Part shown: positions 18,990-28,474 of the stretch, one piece after another | Position numbering within the stretch: position 1 is the first letter of the stretch | Layout of the letters: every line of letters starts with the position of its first letter | IMG/VR virus record: IMGVR_UViG_3300010935_000132 | Span: 1-53,555 of that record | Strand: one strand, 5' to 3' | DNA: 53,555 bases | Origin: a virus | Lineage: Duplodnaviria > Caudoviricetes | Made by a program: the position numbers and the translations under genes | Notes under the pieces: generated by a model | What the model saw: the letters and a program-made list of their open reading frames with translations, nothing else | Database searches by the model: none | Told to the model about the DNA's origin: nothing

Positions 18990-20797
18990 TCCTTGCGTAG
19001 TTCTGCAGACTTTCCATACACCACTTCAAGCATATGTGCAGCGTCAACATCTAAATCAACCACTAATGATTTTGGACTATGGATTAGTAACGAATATTCT
19101 TCTTTATCCATGCTACCTAACCCTTTGTAATATTTTGTAGTCCAACCTTCTAGCTTTCCTTGGTCTGCTTCATATTCATCCAAATGATAGTACCGTTTTA
19201 CCTTAGTACCCTTTCGTGCAATAATGATAGGTGCAAGGATGATAGAAATCTTACCTGACTTGTACATTTCTGGCCAGTAATAGAATAAGTTAGTAAGTAG
19301 ACCCTGAATAGATGCACCATCAGTGTCGGCATCAGTCATGATAGCAATATGACCATAATTAAGGTTCTCAGCCAACTCACCAAACTTTAATCCCATAATG
19401 GATAGTATAGATGCTACTTCTACATTCTTAACGATATCAACAGGCTTACAGTCGCGTACATTCATAGGCTTACCCTTTAATGGGAATGCACCATGGATAT
19501 CACGATTACATACAGATAGGAAATGTGATAGTGCTGATGCACCTTCAACCAAGAATAAAGTACACCTTTGACGCATCTTATGGTTAGCATGGATGTAGCT
19601 ATCAACAACCTTTGATTTTTGCTTCTTTTGCTCACGGCGTAATTCAAGCAAATCATCTTTACGCTCTTTAGCTGCAATCCAATCTAAAATAGTTTGAATA
19701 ATACTTGATGAGCATAGTTCACTTACACAAGATTTTGACACCTCATAAAGATGAGTCTTGTAGTCGCTAGGTAAGGTTACCAAGTTGTCTTTGGTCTGTG
19801 AATCATACCTTGGGTTGATAATCGTAGCATCAATAAACAGCATCAGTTGATTCTTGATGTCAGAAGGCTTTACATCGACCTTATGCTTAGTTTTTAGGTA
19901 ATCGCGTACACTTTGTATAATCTGTTTCAAAACATACTCTACATGCGTACCACCCACCTTAGATGCTGTACCATTGACGAATGAAACATGTTCAAAGCCA
20001 TATACTGAAGGTGCAATGGTAATATTCCAATCTTTTTGATTATCAACTATGGTATCTTGATGAACATACATTGTAGCGTAATCAGAAAATGACTTATATG
20101 AAATCTTAGTTCCATTGTATGAAATCTTAAGCTTTGGATTACACGCAGCAAGTTCATGCATACGTTTTTCTATCAGCAACATGGTATCATCTGATAATAC
20201 AGTACCAAGACGCTCATAATCAGGCAACCAAGATACACTGGTAAAATGTTTTCCTGATAACATTATGGTTGGTTCATGCTTAATGGATAGGTTATTTTCG
20301 TATAGGATAGAGAAGAATTTCTCACCATCTGCTGTTTCAACTCTGAACATTGTACTGAAAATATTAACCAAGCTAGAGCCTTCGCCATTTTGACCTGCTA
20401 AGGCTTGCTCTTCATCATCATCAAAATTACTACCTGAACGCAATTCACCGAAAATCATATCAGGAATCCATATATGGTGCTCATCATGCATCTGTACAGG
20501 TATTCCACCATTATCTTCTACACGAAATTCACCACTAAGTTGATTGACGGTTACAGCAATAGAGTTTAATTTAGAGCCTTTACGTTTGGACTCATCTGCA
20601 GAATTGGTAACTACCTCATCAAACATCTTTAAAAGTGCAGGATTGTAGTTCAATGACTTGATGATAAATTGGTTATCTTCTTTTGATAATATGTAGTCAT
20701 CTGATGTTTGGTCTACACATGCTCCAAGATATCTAGCAGGTCTTTTCAAGCAATGTTCTATATCCGTTAATTTGGTGTATTTCTTCGATGCATTCAT
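18977..20797 (-). CDS. 39: DNA topoisomerase II large subunit (fused gp39+gp60, GyrB-like)
   Basis: EVVTNSAD, DNGGIP, GQNGEG, VEGASA, PLKGK, MTDADTDG and YYKGLG. Confidence 0.96.
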   Translation of the reverse strand: MNASKKYTKLTDIEHCLKRPARYLGACVDQTSDDYILSKEDNQFIIKSLNYNPALLKMFDEVVTNSADESKRKGSKLNSIAVTVNQLSGEFRVEDNGGIPVQMHDEHHIWIPDMIFGELRSGSNFDDDEEQALAGQNGEGSSLVNIFSTMFRVETADGEKFFSILYENNLSIKHEPTIMLSGKHFTSVSWLPDYERLGTVLSDDTMLLIEKRMHELAACNPKLKISYNGTKISYKSFSDYATMYVHQDTIVDNQKDWNITIAPSVYGFEHVSFVNGTASKVGGTHVEYVLKQIIQSVRDYLKTKHKVDVKPSDIKNQLMLFIDATIINPRYDSQTKDNLVTLPSDYKTHLYEVSKSCVSELCSSSIIQTILDWIAAKERKDDLLELRREQKKQKSKVVDSYIHANHKMRQRCTLFLVEGASALSHFLSVCNRDIHGAFPLKGKPMNVRDCKPVDIVKNVEVASILSIMGLKFGELAENLNYGHIAIMTDADTDGASIQGLLTNLFYYWPEMYKSGKISIILAPIIIARKGTKVKRYYHLDEYEADQGKLEGWTTKYYKGLGSMDKEEYSLLIHSPKSLVVDLDVDAAHMLEVVYGKSAELRKDWLI

Positions 20798-20798
20798 A

Positions 20799-20999
20799 CT
20801 ATGCGACTCTATAAGGGTTAATTTTAGTTATGGAAATACTCAAGGTGTGTTTTGGCATACCATATCGAGTCATACGCATAGTTCTATTAACAGCCATTTC
20901 AGCACCTTCAAGTGTATCAGGATGCCTAGATGAAATTAATTTAATTGGTTGTTTTGTTGCAGGACAAATTACTTCGCATACTACATATAATTTTGACAT
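20799..20999 (-). CDS. small early hypothetical protein
   Basis: Preceded by the GAACGGAGA leader and a promoter. Confidence 0.65.
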   Translation of the reverse strand: MSKLYVVCEVICPATKQPIKLISSRHPDTLEGAEMAVNRTMRMTRYGMPKHTLSISITKINPYRVA

Positions 21000-21010
21000 A
21001 GTGTTTTTAA

Positions 21011-21058
21011 TCTCCGTTCAATTTAGCCGTATTATGATACCTCTAAAATAATATGCAA
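21011..21058 (-). promoter_or_regulatory. early promoter plus GAACGGAGA leader
   Basis: TTGCAT(21058-21053)-N16-CATAAT; leader at 21019-21011. Confidence 0.7.
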
Positions 21059-21088
21059 GCTTTATTTTAGAGGCATCAAATCAAGGGT

Positions 21089-21655
21089 TTATTTTGCTAG
21101 ACGTTTAATCTCTTTAACATCATCAGGTCGACGTTTCATGAAATCACCATTAACCAATTCTTCAATGTCAATGTTGCTCATTCCTGTCTGTGTGTATTGG
21201 AGAGACTTTTTCTTACCGCCAACTTCAAGACGCATTAACTGATTACCATTGGTATCACGCGAAAGACCGATAATACCTATACCATCACCTAAGTCAGCCA
21301 CAGATTTCAAGGTTTTCATCTTACCCTTCATTGACCAACCTTTAGCTTCGTTGATAATTGCATTTCCTGCTTCAATAGCTTCTTCCAAAGAACTATAAAC
21401 GCCATTCTTAACATCTAATAAAAATGCATCAGCCGCTTTCTGCATACTTAGACTACCTGATGGGTTATACTTAGTGAAGAACCAATCTGATGTATCAGGA
21501 TGAATACCTTTAATTGCTTGCGCCTTACTAAAAAAATCAGACCCATTTTTCGATTTTTTAGCGACATCAACAAACTGTTTCATTTCTTTAGGGATTTTAG
21601 TTCCCTCATTAATAGAGCGTGCAGCTTCCTTAATAATTTCTAATCTTCTACTCAC
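21089..21655 (-). CDS. hypothetical basic protein, possibly an internal virion protein
   Basis: GTG start with AGGAG RBS; upstream GATAAATA; repeated I/L-x-E motifs. Confidence 0.65.
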   Translation of the reverse strand: MSRRLEIIKEAARSINEGTKIPKEMKQFVDVAKKSKNGSDFFSKAQAIKGIHPDTSDWFFTKYNPSGSLSMQKAADAFLLDVKNGVYSSLEEAIEAGNAIINEAKGWSMKGKMKTLKSVADLGDGIGIIGLSRDTNGNQLMRLEVGGKKKSLQYTQTGMSNIDIEELVNGDFMKRRPDDVKEIKRLAK

Positions 21656-21689
21656 GATTTTATCTCCTATTTCAAATATTAGATATTAT

Positions 21690-22163
21690 TTATCTTCGTT
21701 CAAAGTTTTTTCTAGCCTTACCAAGCATAATATATGCTTTATGGTATTTTACCACACGTGCAATATCCTTATCTGACACAGTATCACTTTTTAGTCGTGT
21801 GATGCAAGAATTTTGATTCAAATCTATGCGCTTAACCCTAATAGTATCTAGATGCAAAGCAATACGTGGAATATACACAGTTAGATAGTCATCTTTAGGG
21901 TCATGGGTCAATACATCAAGAGCATTACACACACGTGAACTAAACCCTGCTACAAGAAGCTGTTCTATTGTCCATGAACTATCTTCAACAACATCATGCA
22001 TAACACCAATTGTAGCCAACTGAATATCATACATCAACTGATTCATGACGTGTAATGGGTGAAGGATGTATGGCTTACCACCCTTATCAAATTGACCCTT
22101 ATGTGCTTGGGTTGCAATTTCAATACCTAAAGCAAGTTGTTCATATTTACTTAATTTGGTCAT
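21690..22163 (-). CDS. HD-domain hydrolase of the RelA/SpoT hydrolase type (small alarmone hydrolase-like)
   Basis: AHKGQFDKGGKPYILHP...MHDVVED...VKRID..QN. Confidence 0.85.
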   Translation of the reverse strand: MTKLSKYEQLALGIEIATQAHKGQFDKGGKPYILHPLHVMNQLMYDIQLATIGVMHDVVEDSSWTIEQLLVAGFSSRVCNALDVLTHDPKDDYLTVYIPRIALHLDTIRVKRIDLNQNSCITRLKSDTVSDKDIARVVKYHKAYIMLGKARKNFERR

Positions 22164-22178
22164 ATTGACCTCCAAGTA

Positions 22179-22754
22179 TTAGTCAGATACCGTTAATCGG
22201 ATACAACCGATACAATGTTTGTCTGTTCTTTTGTTTACGTTTCCACAGGAAACTTCTTTAGACCAATCAGTTTCTTTATCACCTTCTTTTCGTAGAAGAT
22301 GCATAGGGTATGTATTATGACAAGCATACTCTGTTTGTGATTTCAGAATTTTACCTAAGCGACCTTCATCATCATCAAAACAACCAAACTTTACTGCATG
22401 TGGTTCAAGTGAGTTATTTTCGTTCAACATCCAATATTTTATACCAAATTGATAAGGGTTACTAATATGTAAACATCTAAGTTCTGCTATTGATAAATCT
22501 AAGATGCTTTCATTTTGTGTTAATGGGTTATGATGAAATCCTCTTACAGTTTTTAATATTATGTCGAACTCATCTTCATCAACAAAATCTTTAAAGGTTT
22601 CTGCCGTAGATAATAGACCAAGTTTCCAACGGTCTACCATATCAATCATCTCGTTTCGCATACCTTCATCAATAAAGGCATCACCTGAAAAGATTGCAGC
22701 ATCAATATTGTCTACTGCATCTTCAATATATTTTGGAAATTCTACGTCACTCAT
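22179..22754 (-). CDS. early hypothetical protein (likely start MSDVEF)
   Basis: GAACGGAGA leader at 22771-22763 and promoter TTGCAT-N17-TAAGAT. Confidence 0.7.
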   Translation of the reverse strand: MSDVEFPKYIEDAVDNIDAAIFSGDAFIDEGMRNEMIDMVDRWKLGLLSTAETFKDFVDEDEFDIILKTVRGFHHNPLTQNESILDLSIAELRCLHISNPYQFGIKYWMLNENNSLEPHAVKFGCFDDDEGRLGKILKSQTEYACHNTYPMHLLRKEGDKETDWSKEVSCGNVNKRTDKHCIGCIRLTVSD

Positions 22755-22792
22755 AACATTATTCTCCGTTCGATGTTTCAATACAGCGAATC

Positions 22793-23194
22793 TTACACTA
22801 GCGAAACACTCAATGCAAACTTTTCTTTTGCTGATAGTTTTTCGTTGATAGAATCTAGCTGTAATTGGTGTGCTTTATCAGTCGTGTATATCTTCACGAC
22901 TTCCAAACCACTTTCTCGTAACTTAACCAATAATGCAGGTAGATATGTTATATCAGATTTAATCTTCATACCAATAGCACCATCAGGTATAGTATCTTCG
23001 TATACTGATATAAGATTACCAATACAATCTAGCATCACATTAGGCTTCGTCACGCGAAATGATAGCGTAGCCTTATTAATCCTACGCTCAGGTATAGCAG
23101 TTAGGTCAAATTGTTCTTCAACCTCACATAGCTTAGCCGTGGTGTAGTTATTGTTATACCATTCTTCAAAGGACACAAAGCCGTATGAGTTCAT
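22793..23194 (-). CDS. hypothetical protein
   Basis: GGAG RBS; ORF on the coding strand. Confidence 0.65.
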   Translation of the reverse strand: MNSYGFVSFEEWYNNNYTTAKLCEVEEQFDLTAIPERRINKATLSFRVTKPNVMLDCIGNLISVYEDTIPDGAIGMKIKSDITYLPALLVKLRESGLEVVKIYTTDKAHQLQLDSINEKLSAKEKFALSVSLV

Positions 23195-23268
23195 TTTAAG
23201 TTATTCTCCATACCAACACATCTTTATTCGTTAAAAAGCTGTCTACGTGGACTACACGCTTCATAGCA

Positions 23269-24675
23269 CTATACTGTGAAGCCAGCAAATCCATTCTTTT
23301 TCTCTTCTTTGGCTTCCTTAATATAATTAGGCATGCCTTCTGAATCATCATCACTACCACTTATAAAAGTTTGATTTGAGTCAAACATACGCATCTTAGA
23401 GTAATCTAAACCAACAACAAATCTTTTGTTCACTGAAATATCACCAAACCGATTCTTCAATTGTGATACAATAAGTTGATTAGATTTCTTTAAATCATCA
23501 TTGGTGTATAGACCAAGGATGATATCAGCGGTCATAGTGATACCAAATGAGTCAGCGATAGAATCCAAGTCAAATTCATTATCACCATAACCACCACGGT
23601 TCACCTGTGCGCCTGTAATTAAAGCAAAATCATGTACCACAGCCAAACCACGTAAATCTTCAGCAACCTTCTGAAGTGCAGTATTGGTATTATCACCTTT
23701 AGAAGCACGTGCTGAAATACAAATACCAAGGTAGTCGATATAGACCTTATCAGGTATCATGCCTTTTTTAATCTTCAATTCACGTAATAGATGCGTAAAA
23801 TGACCTGAATGTGCTGATACAGGTGGATATTCTTTAACAAATAACTCACCCATTGTTTTTTCTCTAGCACCACCCATAGCAGCCATATATTGCTTCTCTG
23901 TGAGGTTTTCCAACTCATCCATAGTCACGTCAAGAATATTGGCATCAATACGCTCTGAGATACGCTCTTCAGCCATTTCCATAGTGATATATAAAACACT
24001 TCTACCCTGTAACAAATCTGCCGCTGCCATATGGCACATACATGCTGTTTTACCTGTACCTGTAGCACCAAGTAAAATAGTTTCTGTTTTCTTAGGTAAA
24101 CCGCCATGGGTTATTTTGTTTAGCATATCAATATCAAAAGGAATACGTGGTGTATCACGATGATAAAACTGATAACGCTCTGATGCATCAGCAAAATAGT
24201 TATGACCAACATTAGCATCCAAACAGACTGCCAAGGCATCATTTAATAGTTCAGGAATTTCACCATTACCTCTATCAGAATCTTCAATCACTTCGATTGA
24301 ATCCATGATAGCAAGATATACGGCACGCTCTTGAATATATTTTTCAGTGGTATCGGTTAGCCATTCGATATCAGGTTTATCAGTATTATGATAAATTTTG
24401 TGGCATTGGTTAATCTTTGCGAACGCACCTTGTACCTCATCCTCTTCTAAACCACCACGCACTTCTAACTCTAGTAACAATGCCTCTTTTGTAGGCATAC
24501 TAGAATATTTCTTGGAATACGCATCAATTTCTTCAAAAACGACTTGCACCGCTCTATCAGTAAAATATTTTGGCAAGATATGAGGAATCACTTTACGTGA
24601 AAATGATTCCTCATTCAGGATGTGAGACAAGATAAGGTCTTCTACTTCGATAGTAGAGGATTTCTCATCTGACAT
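23269..24675 (-). CDS. 41: replicative DNA helicase (DnaB-like)
   Basis: GATGTGKT, YITMEMAE, IDYLGI, AQVNR, DSFG and QLKNRFGD; uninterrupted. Confidence 0.97.
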   Translation of the reverse strand: MSDEKSSTIEVEDLILSHILNEESFSRKVIPHILPKYFTDRAVQVVFEEIDAYSKKYSSMPTKEALLLELEVRGGLEEDEVQGAFAKINQCHKIYHNTDKPDIEWLTDTTEKYIQERAVYLAIMDSIEVIEDSDRGNGEIPELLNDALAVCLDANVGHNYFADASERYQFYHRDTPRIPFDIDMLNKITHGGLPKKTETILLGATGTGKTACMCHMAAADLLQGRSVLYITMEMAEERISERIDANILDVTMDELENLTEKQYMAAMGGAREKTMGELFVKEYPPVSAHSGHFTHLLRELKIKKGMIPDKVYIDYLGICISARASKGDNTNTALQKVAEDLRGLAVVHDFALITGAQVNRGGYGDNEFDLDSIADSFGITMTADIILGLYTNDDLKKSNQLIVSQLKNRFGDISVNKRFVVGLDYSKMRMFDSNQTFISGSDDDSEGMPNYIKEAKEEKKNGFAGFTV

Positions 24676-24711
24676 TTATTGTGTCCTTTTTAAGTAGTTT
24701 CAGTATCTGGT

Positions 24712-24930
24712 TTAAGCTAAAGACATCATGAATCTGCAAAGAGCATGCTCAAATTCGTCAATATCGCTAGGCATAACATCATCAGTGATAGAATATTCGA
24801 CTATTAGATTATGTTCTGTATCCCCTTCTTCATGGTCTTCAACTCGAATATCAGTAACGATAATGTTAATGCCTTCAAGGGTTAATGAACCATTTCCATG
24901 TAGTGCAAATGTAGGAATATCAATACCCAT
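24712..24930 (-). CDS. small acidic protein at the gp40 position
   Basis: Synteny between uvsX and gene 41; no motif support. Confidence 0.5.
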   Translation of the reverse strand: MGIDIPTFALHGNGSLTLEGINIIVTDIRVEDHEEGDTEHNLIVEYSITDDVMPSDIDEFEHALCRFMMSLA

Positions 24931-25946
24931 TAGAATAAGTCCGTAGAGTCGATTCTATTGTGCTTAAAGGAGTATTTCTTTTCGAAGTATTGATGGAATT
25001 TCTCATCTTCCAATAGAGGCTTCCAAAATTCTTCAGCATTATCCCAAATAGTCTTTTCGCGCCATGACTTATCATCAGCAACAATTGGACGCGAATACCA
25101 ACCTTGTTTAGGCTTGATAACAAAACCACCTGCTAATGCATCTTCCAAGATACCGTAATATGGATGAATACCACCATCATGCTTAATCATATATTTCAGT
25201 TTTGCATGCTCAATAGCATAACGACCTTTCTGCACTTTAGCCGTAATGATAGCACCGTCAATCTCATCACCATCTTTAGAGCGTGCTTTAGAGGTACACA
25301 TAACAATTGAACTACATGCAAAGTATGCACCTTTACCACCACCAACAGCCAATGGGTTATACTGGTCCATTGTTGAGATAACATGGTTCACAATTAGAAC
25401 TGTACAACCAAGACCTGTTAGGATACGTGCAAAGCTATTCTTTTTCTTAGCTGCAGTCATATCAGAAACATCTTTTCCATCCATAGCATCTTTTACTGCT
25501 TTAGAAGTATTAACATTACCCCAGGAGTCGATTACCAAAATTAGATGTGAGCGTTCTTCTCTATCCAATTCATCAAGCATATTAACAACTGCTGTCTGAA
25601 CTTCTTCAAGCTGATTGTTTTGGACAACAATCATTCTATCACTTTTAACGCCGATAGTTTCAGCAAAAGATTGACTAAATGCAAATTCAGTATCAATCAA
25701 AGCAGCATCCATATCATATTGGCGTTGTGCATTGGCAATAATCTTATTAGCTACAAAGGATTTACCCAAGGCAGAATCAGCGGCAATCATGGATACCTGA
25801 CCACGTGGAATACCACCATACAATTTACCACTAAACAATACGTTAATTGGTAGACAACCTGTAGAGATAAATTCAGGGTCTTTTTGAACATGCAAAGATT
25901 CCTTCACAATCTTGTTCTTTAATAGTCGTTGTGTGATGCTACTCAT
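24930..25946 (-). CDS. uvsX: RecA-like recombinase
   Basis: ISTG, GGIPRG, ADSALGKS, IDTE, VIDSWG and VNH. Confidence 0.95.
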   Translation of the reverse strand: MSSITQRLLKNKIVKESLHVQKDPEFISTGCLPINVLFSGKLYGGIPRGQVSMIAADSALGKSFVANKIIANAQRQYDMDAALIDTEFAFSQSFAETIGVKSDRMIVVQNNQLEEVQTAVVNMLDELDREERSHLILVIDSWGNVNTSKAVKDAMDGKDVSDMTAAKKKNSFARILTGLGCTVLIVNHVISTMDQYNPLAVGGGKGAYFACSSIVMCTSKARSKDGDEIDGAIITAKVQKGRYAIEHAKLKYMIKHDGGIHPYYGILEDALAGGFVIKPKQGWYSRPIVADDKSWREKTIWDNAEEFWKPLLEDEKFHQYFEKKYSFKHNRIDSTDLF

Positions 25947-26230
25947 GATGAAGTCTCCGAATCCATATCGGCATCATATTCAGTTTCTTGTTCATCACCC
26001 ATACGGAAGTCTTCAACATTATCATCAAAATATTGCATAATGTGCTTCATATTTTCTTCGCTACGTAGGAAGAAATGGATAGCTGCAATATCATATGAGA
26101 AAGCAGGTGCTTCGGTTAGTGTGTGGTATGATTCAGGAATATGTAAATCAATACTATATCCTGTCATTTCGTCGTTAATCGGAATGAATAATAGACTAAT
26201 TGGTTCTTTTGGTGTTGCTAATTCTGTCAT
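25943..26230 (-). CDS. hypothetical acidic protein (likely start MTELATP)
   Basis: AGGAG RBS; ATGA overlap with uvsX. Confidence 0.6.
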   Translation of the reverse strand: MTELATPKEPISLLFIPINDEMTGYSIDLHIPESYHTLTEAPAFSYDIAAIHFFLRSEENMKHIMQYFDDNVEDFRMGDEQETEYDADMDSETSS

Positions 26231-26231
26231 G

Positions 26232-26690
26232 TTAAATGAACTCCTGCATGGCTTTTGAAAAATCATATGTTATTTTATTTTGACCGTATAGGTCGATTAG
26301 TTTTTCGATAAATTGTTTGCCTGTGATAATGCCTGCATCCATACTAGCATAATGCCAAGCTGATGCAATAAGTTTTGTTTCGATGGAGTTTAGCCCAACT
26401 TCAGTTAAGATAACCTCTGTATCATCTTGATTTATAATGAGTGAGGAATTAAATACCAACCCTGCAGTATCATCACCAAAATGAGAATATACTTGGTCGA
26501 TATTTAGTTTTGACTCTTTTATTAATGGCATGAAGTAGACTACTGCAGCCTGAATATCAGACCCACCATTTAGCTTGATAAGCTTTTCAACTTCTTCTAA
26601 AAACTTACACTGTTTAGTGGTAAGTTCAGCTAAAGCTATCTCTTTAATCTCATCTAATATTTTTGTGTTACCTTTATTATGTAATATCAT
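26232..26690 (-). CDS. degenerate HD/SpoT-hydrolase-like protein
   Basis: GGSDIQAAVVYFMPLIKESKLNIDQVYSHFGDDTAGLV follows the HD_4 pattern but lacks the HD and ED residues. Confidence 0.45.
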   Translation of the reverse strand: MILHNKGNTKILDEIKEIALAELTTKQCKFLEEVEKLIKLNGGSDIQAAVVYFMPLIKESKLNIDQVYSHFGDDTAGLVFNSSLIINQDDTEVILTEVGLNSIETKLIASAWHYASMDAGIITGKQFIEKLIDLYGQNKITYDFSKAMQEFI

Positions 26691-26734
26691 AAGCTAGATG
26701 ATAACACCACAAAACATTAAAGCAACAATTATTA

Positions 26735-27001
26735 TTAGTTGTTTAATTCAGCCTCATACCGTTTAAGCAAGGCATCATCAAGCGGCGAAATATCACCAGA
26801 TGCTTTCTTAAAGTTCAATATGAATATCTTATCTTCTAGGTCTTTGTGTCGTAAGTTATGGATATCAGTTTGGATTAATTGAACCTGAGATTTCTGATTA
26901 TAACGCTCTTCAGCGAATAGAACACTTGATACAAGGCTACCAAATACAGCAATAGTTCCTGTAATAACCTTTACAGGATTAGCTTTAATAAAATCAAACA
27001 T
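26735..27001 (-). CDS. small late membrane protein (holin-like topology possible)
   Basis: One N-terminal hydrophobic segment; GAGGTG RBS; TATAAATA at 27035-27028. Confidence 0.65.
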   Translation of the reverse strand: MFDFIKANPVKVITGTIAVFGSLVSSVLFAEERYNQKSQVQLIQTDIHNLRHKDLEDKIFILNFKKASGDISPLDDALLKRYEAELNN

Positions 27002-27053
27002 AGGTCACCTCGCATAATAATTGGTTATATTTATACGATGTTTGTTTTGGCAT

Positions 27054-27626
27054 TTAGAATGACCAAACAGTTTGTGCAAATATCTTTAATGGATACTTAT
27101 CACTACCAACACTACCATTATATTTAGATAGTGCCACAAACATGTCGTTGTCACTCTTTTCAAGATATATTTTAAGGATGGTAGAGCCATAATGAAGGTT
27201 TACTCGAAGGTCGTGTAGGTTATCGTTTGGCTTGCCTAATTCTTCTTTCCAAAATGGCATGACCTGAAGAAGACCTTTAGCACCTACACAACTCTTGGCA
27301 TCAACGTTAAAAGACGATTCTGATGCAGCAATAGCAAACAATAGCTTTGGGTCTAAATCCTGATATAGCGCAGTTAGTAGAACCTTATCGACTATCTCTT
27401 CAGTATTTCCAACATGATAGCTATTCACATAGTCTATATATTTCTGCTTATTTGGAAATGTGCGTAAGTAATGCATCACATTATTCTCAAGATATTCTAC
27501 GTGGGCTACAGGTTTTGTATGCTCTGCTACCCATTTATTTAAGAATGCATATGGTATTGCCACAAAACATAATGCTAATATTGCAGTTATTGATGCATTC
27601 TTAAGGAAAGATTCAAACTTAGTCAT
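27054..27626 (-). CDS. membrane-anchored lytic transglycosylase (SLT domain)
   Basis: AIAASESSFN, GAKGLLQVMP and ALSKYNG; N-terminal TM segment. Confidence 0.92.
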   Translation of the reverse strand: MTKFESFLKNASITAILALCFVAIPYAFLNKWVAEHTKPVAHVEYLENNVMHYLRTFPNKQKYIDYVNSYHVGNTEEIVDKVLLTALYQDLDPKLLFAIAASESSFNVDAKSCVGAKGLLQVMPFWKEELGKPNDNLHDLRVNLHYGSTILKIYLEKSDNDMFVALSKYNGSVGSDKYPLKIFAQTVWSF

Positions 27627-27722
27627 AGTAGTCTCCGTTCAACTTTTGGGAATACTACAAACTTTTACCTTCTCGTCAAACTTTCTTATTTGCATTATAG
27701 CCCTTGCTAAACCAATAGTTGT

Positions 27723-27797
27723 TGGAGCAATGACGGAATCTAACCGACATCTTCACATGCTGCATGTGCGTGCTATTCATTTGACACTAATCACTCC
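27723..27797 (-). tRNA. degenerate tRNA / pseudo-tRNA of undetermined identity
   Basis: Cloverleaf with acceptor GAGTGAT/ATTGCTC, D stem GTGT/GCAC and T arm GTCGG-TTAGATT-CCGTC, but the anticodon stem CACAT/ATGTG closes only a 5-nt loop. Confidence 0.55.
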
Positions 27798-27801
27798 AAA
27801 C

Positions 27802-27877
27802 TGGAGCCTTGTGCAAGGGTCGAACTTGCGGCATCGTCATTACAAGTGACGTGCTCTACCAACTGAGCTAACAAGGC
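27802..27877 (-). tRNA. tRNA-Thr(UGU)
   Basis: GCCTTGT-TAGCTCAGTTGGTAGAGCA-CGTCA-CTTGTAA-TGACG-...-GCAAG-TTCGACC-CTTGC-ACAAGGC-TCCA, 76 nt with encoded CCA. Confidence 0.97.
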
Positions 27878-28053
27878 TTATTTACTATACTCCTCCCTAA
27901 AGGAATATAGTAGTCGTAACCTCTGACCTAGAGGACATAACTTGATGGGGTTTGGATACTCGTCATGTGTACAATATCCAAATCATTAACAGACTGCCAA
28001 CATATGACTAGGGATGTCACTGTTAGATTTACTTGCCCACTATTGTATTCTAT

Positions 28054-28359
28054 TTATACTAAAATATAAGCCATTTCAGTGAGCGCAACACCAGGATGGA
28101 TATGTACTGTGGTGACATGTATGTTCTCATCATGACTTCCTGCCTCATATAGACCTGATGGAAGCTTCTTCACATACATGTTACATATGAGCATTAAATC
28201 AGCCCAATCACGACGATGTTTGCAAGGGTTACACTCAATGCGACCATTTAATAGAATTGTTACCTCTTGTGAGTGTGCATGGGTAGTTCCCATACTAACA
28301 ACACAATCAGGATTCATAATCTCAACTACACGTAAGGTTTTACGTAAATCACACACCAC
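28054..28359 (-). CDS. hypothetical protein
   Basis: AGGAG RBS; GTG start. Confidence 0.6.
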   Translation of the reverse strand: MVCDLRKTLRVVEIMNPDCVVSMGTTHAHSQEVTILLNGRIECNPCKHRRDWADLMLICNMYVKKLPSGLYEAGSHDENIHVTTVHIHPGVALTEMAYILV

Positions 28360-28474
28360 TCATTCTCCTAGTTTAGCCATAATAATCTTTATCTTTCTTT
28401 GATAATTTATGACGTTATTCATCAATATGTTGCGTATTATATCAACAAAGAAATAATACGCAACACTAACACTT

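Noticed and set aside
18977-20797. T4 gene 60-style translational bypass or split topoisomerase
   Set aside because: gp39 and gp60 are fused in one continuous ORF.
23269-24675. Intein in gene 41 (and likewise in genes 43 and uvsX)
   Set aside because: Lengths are normal and no intein blocks are present.
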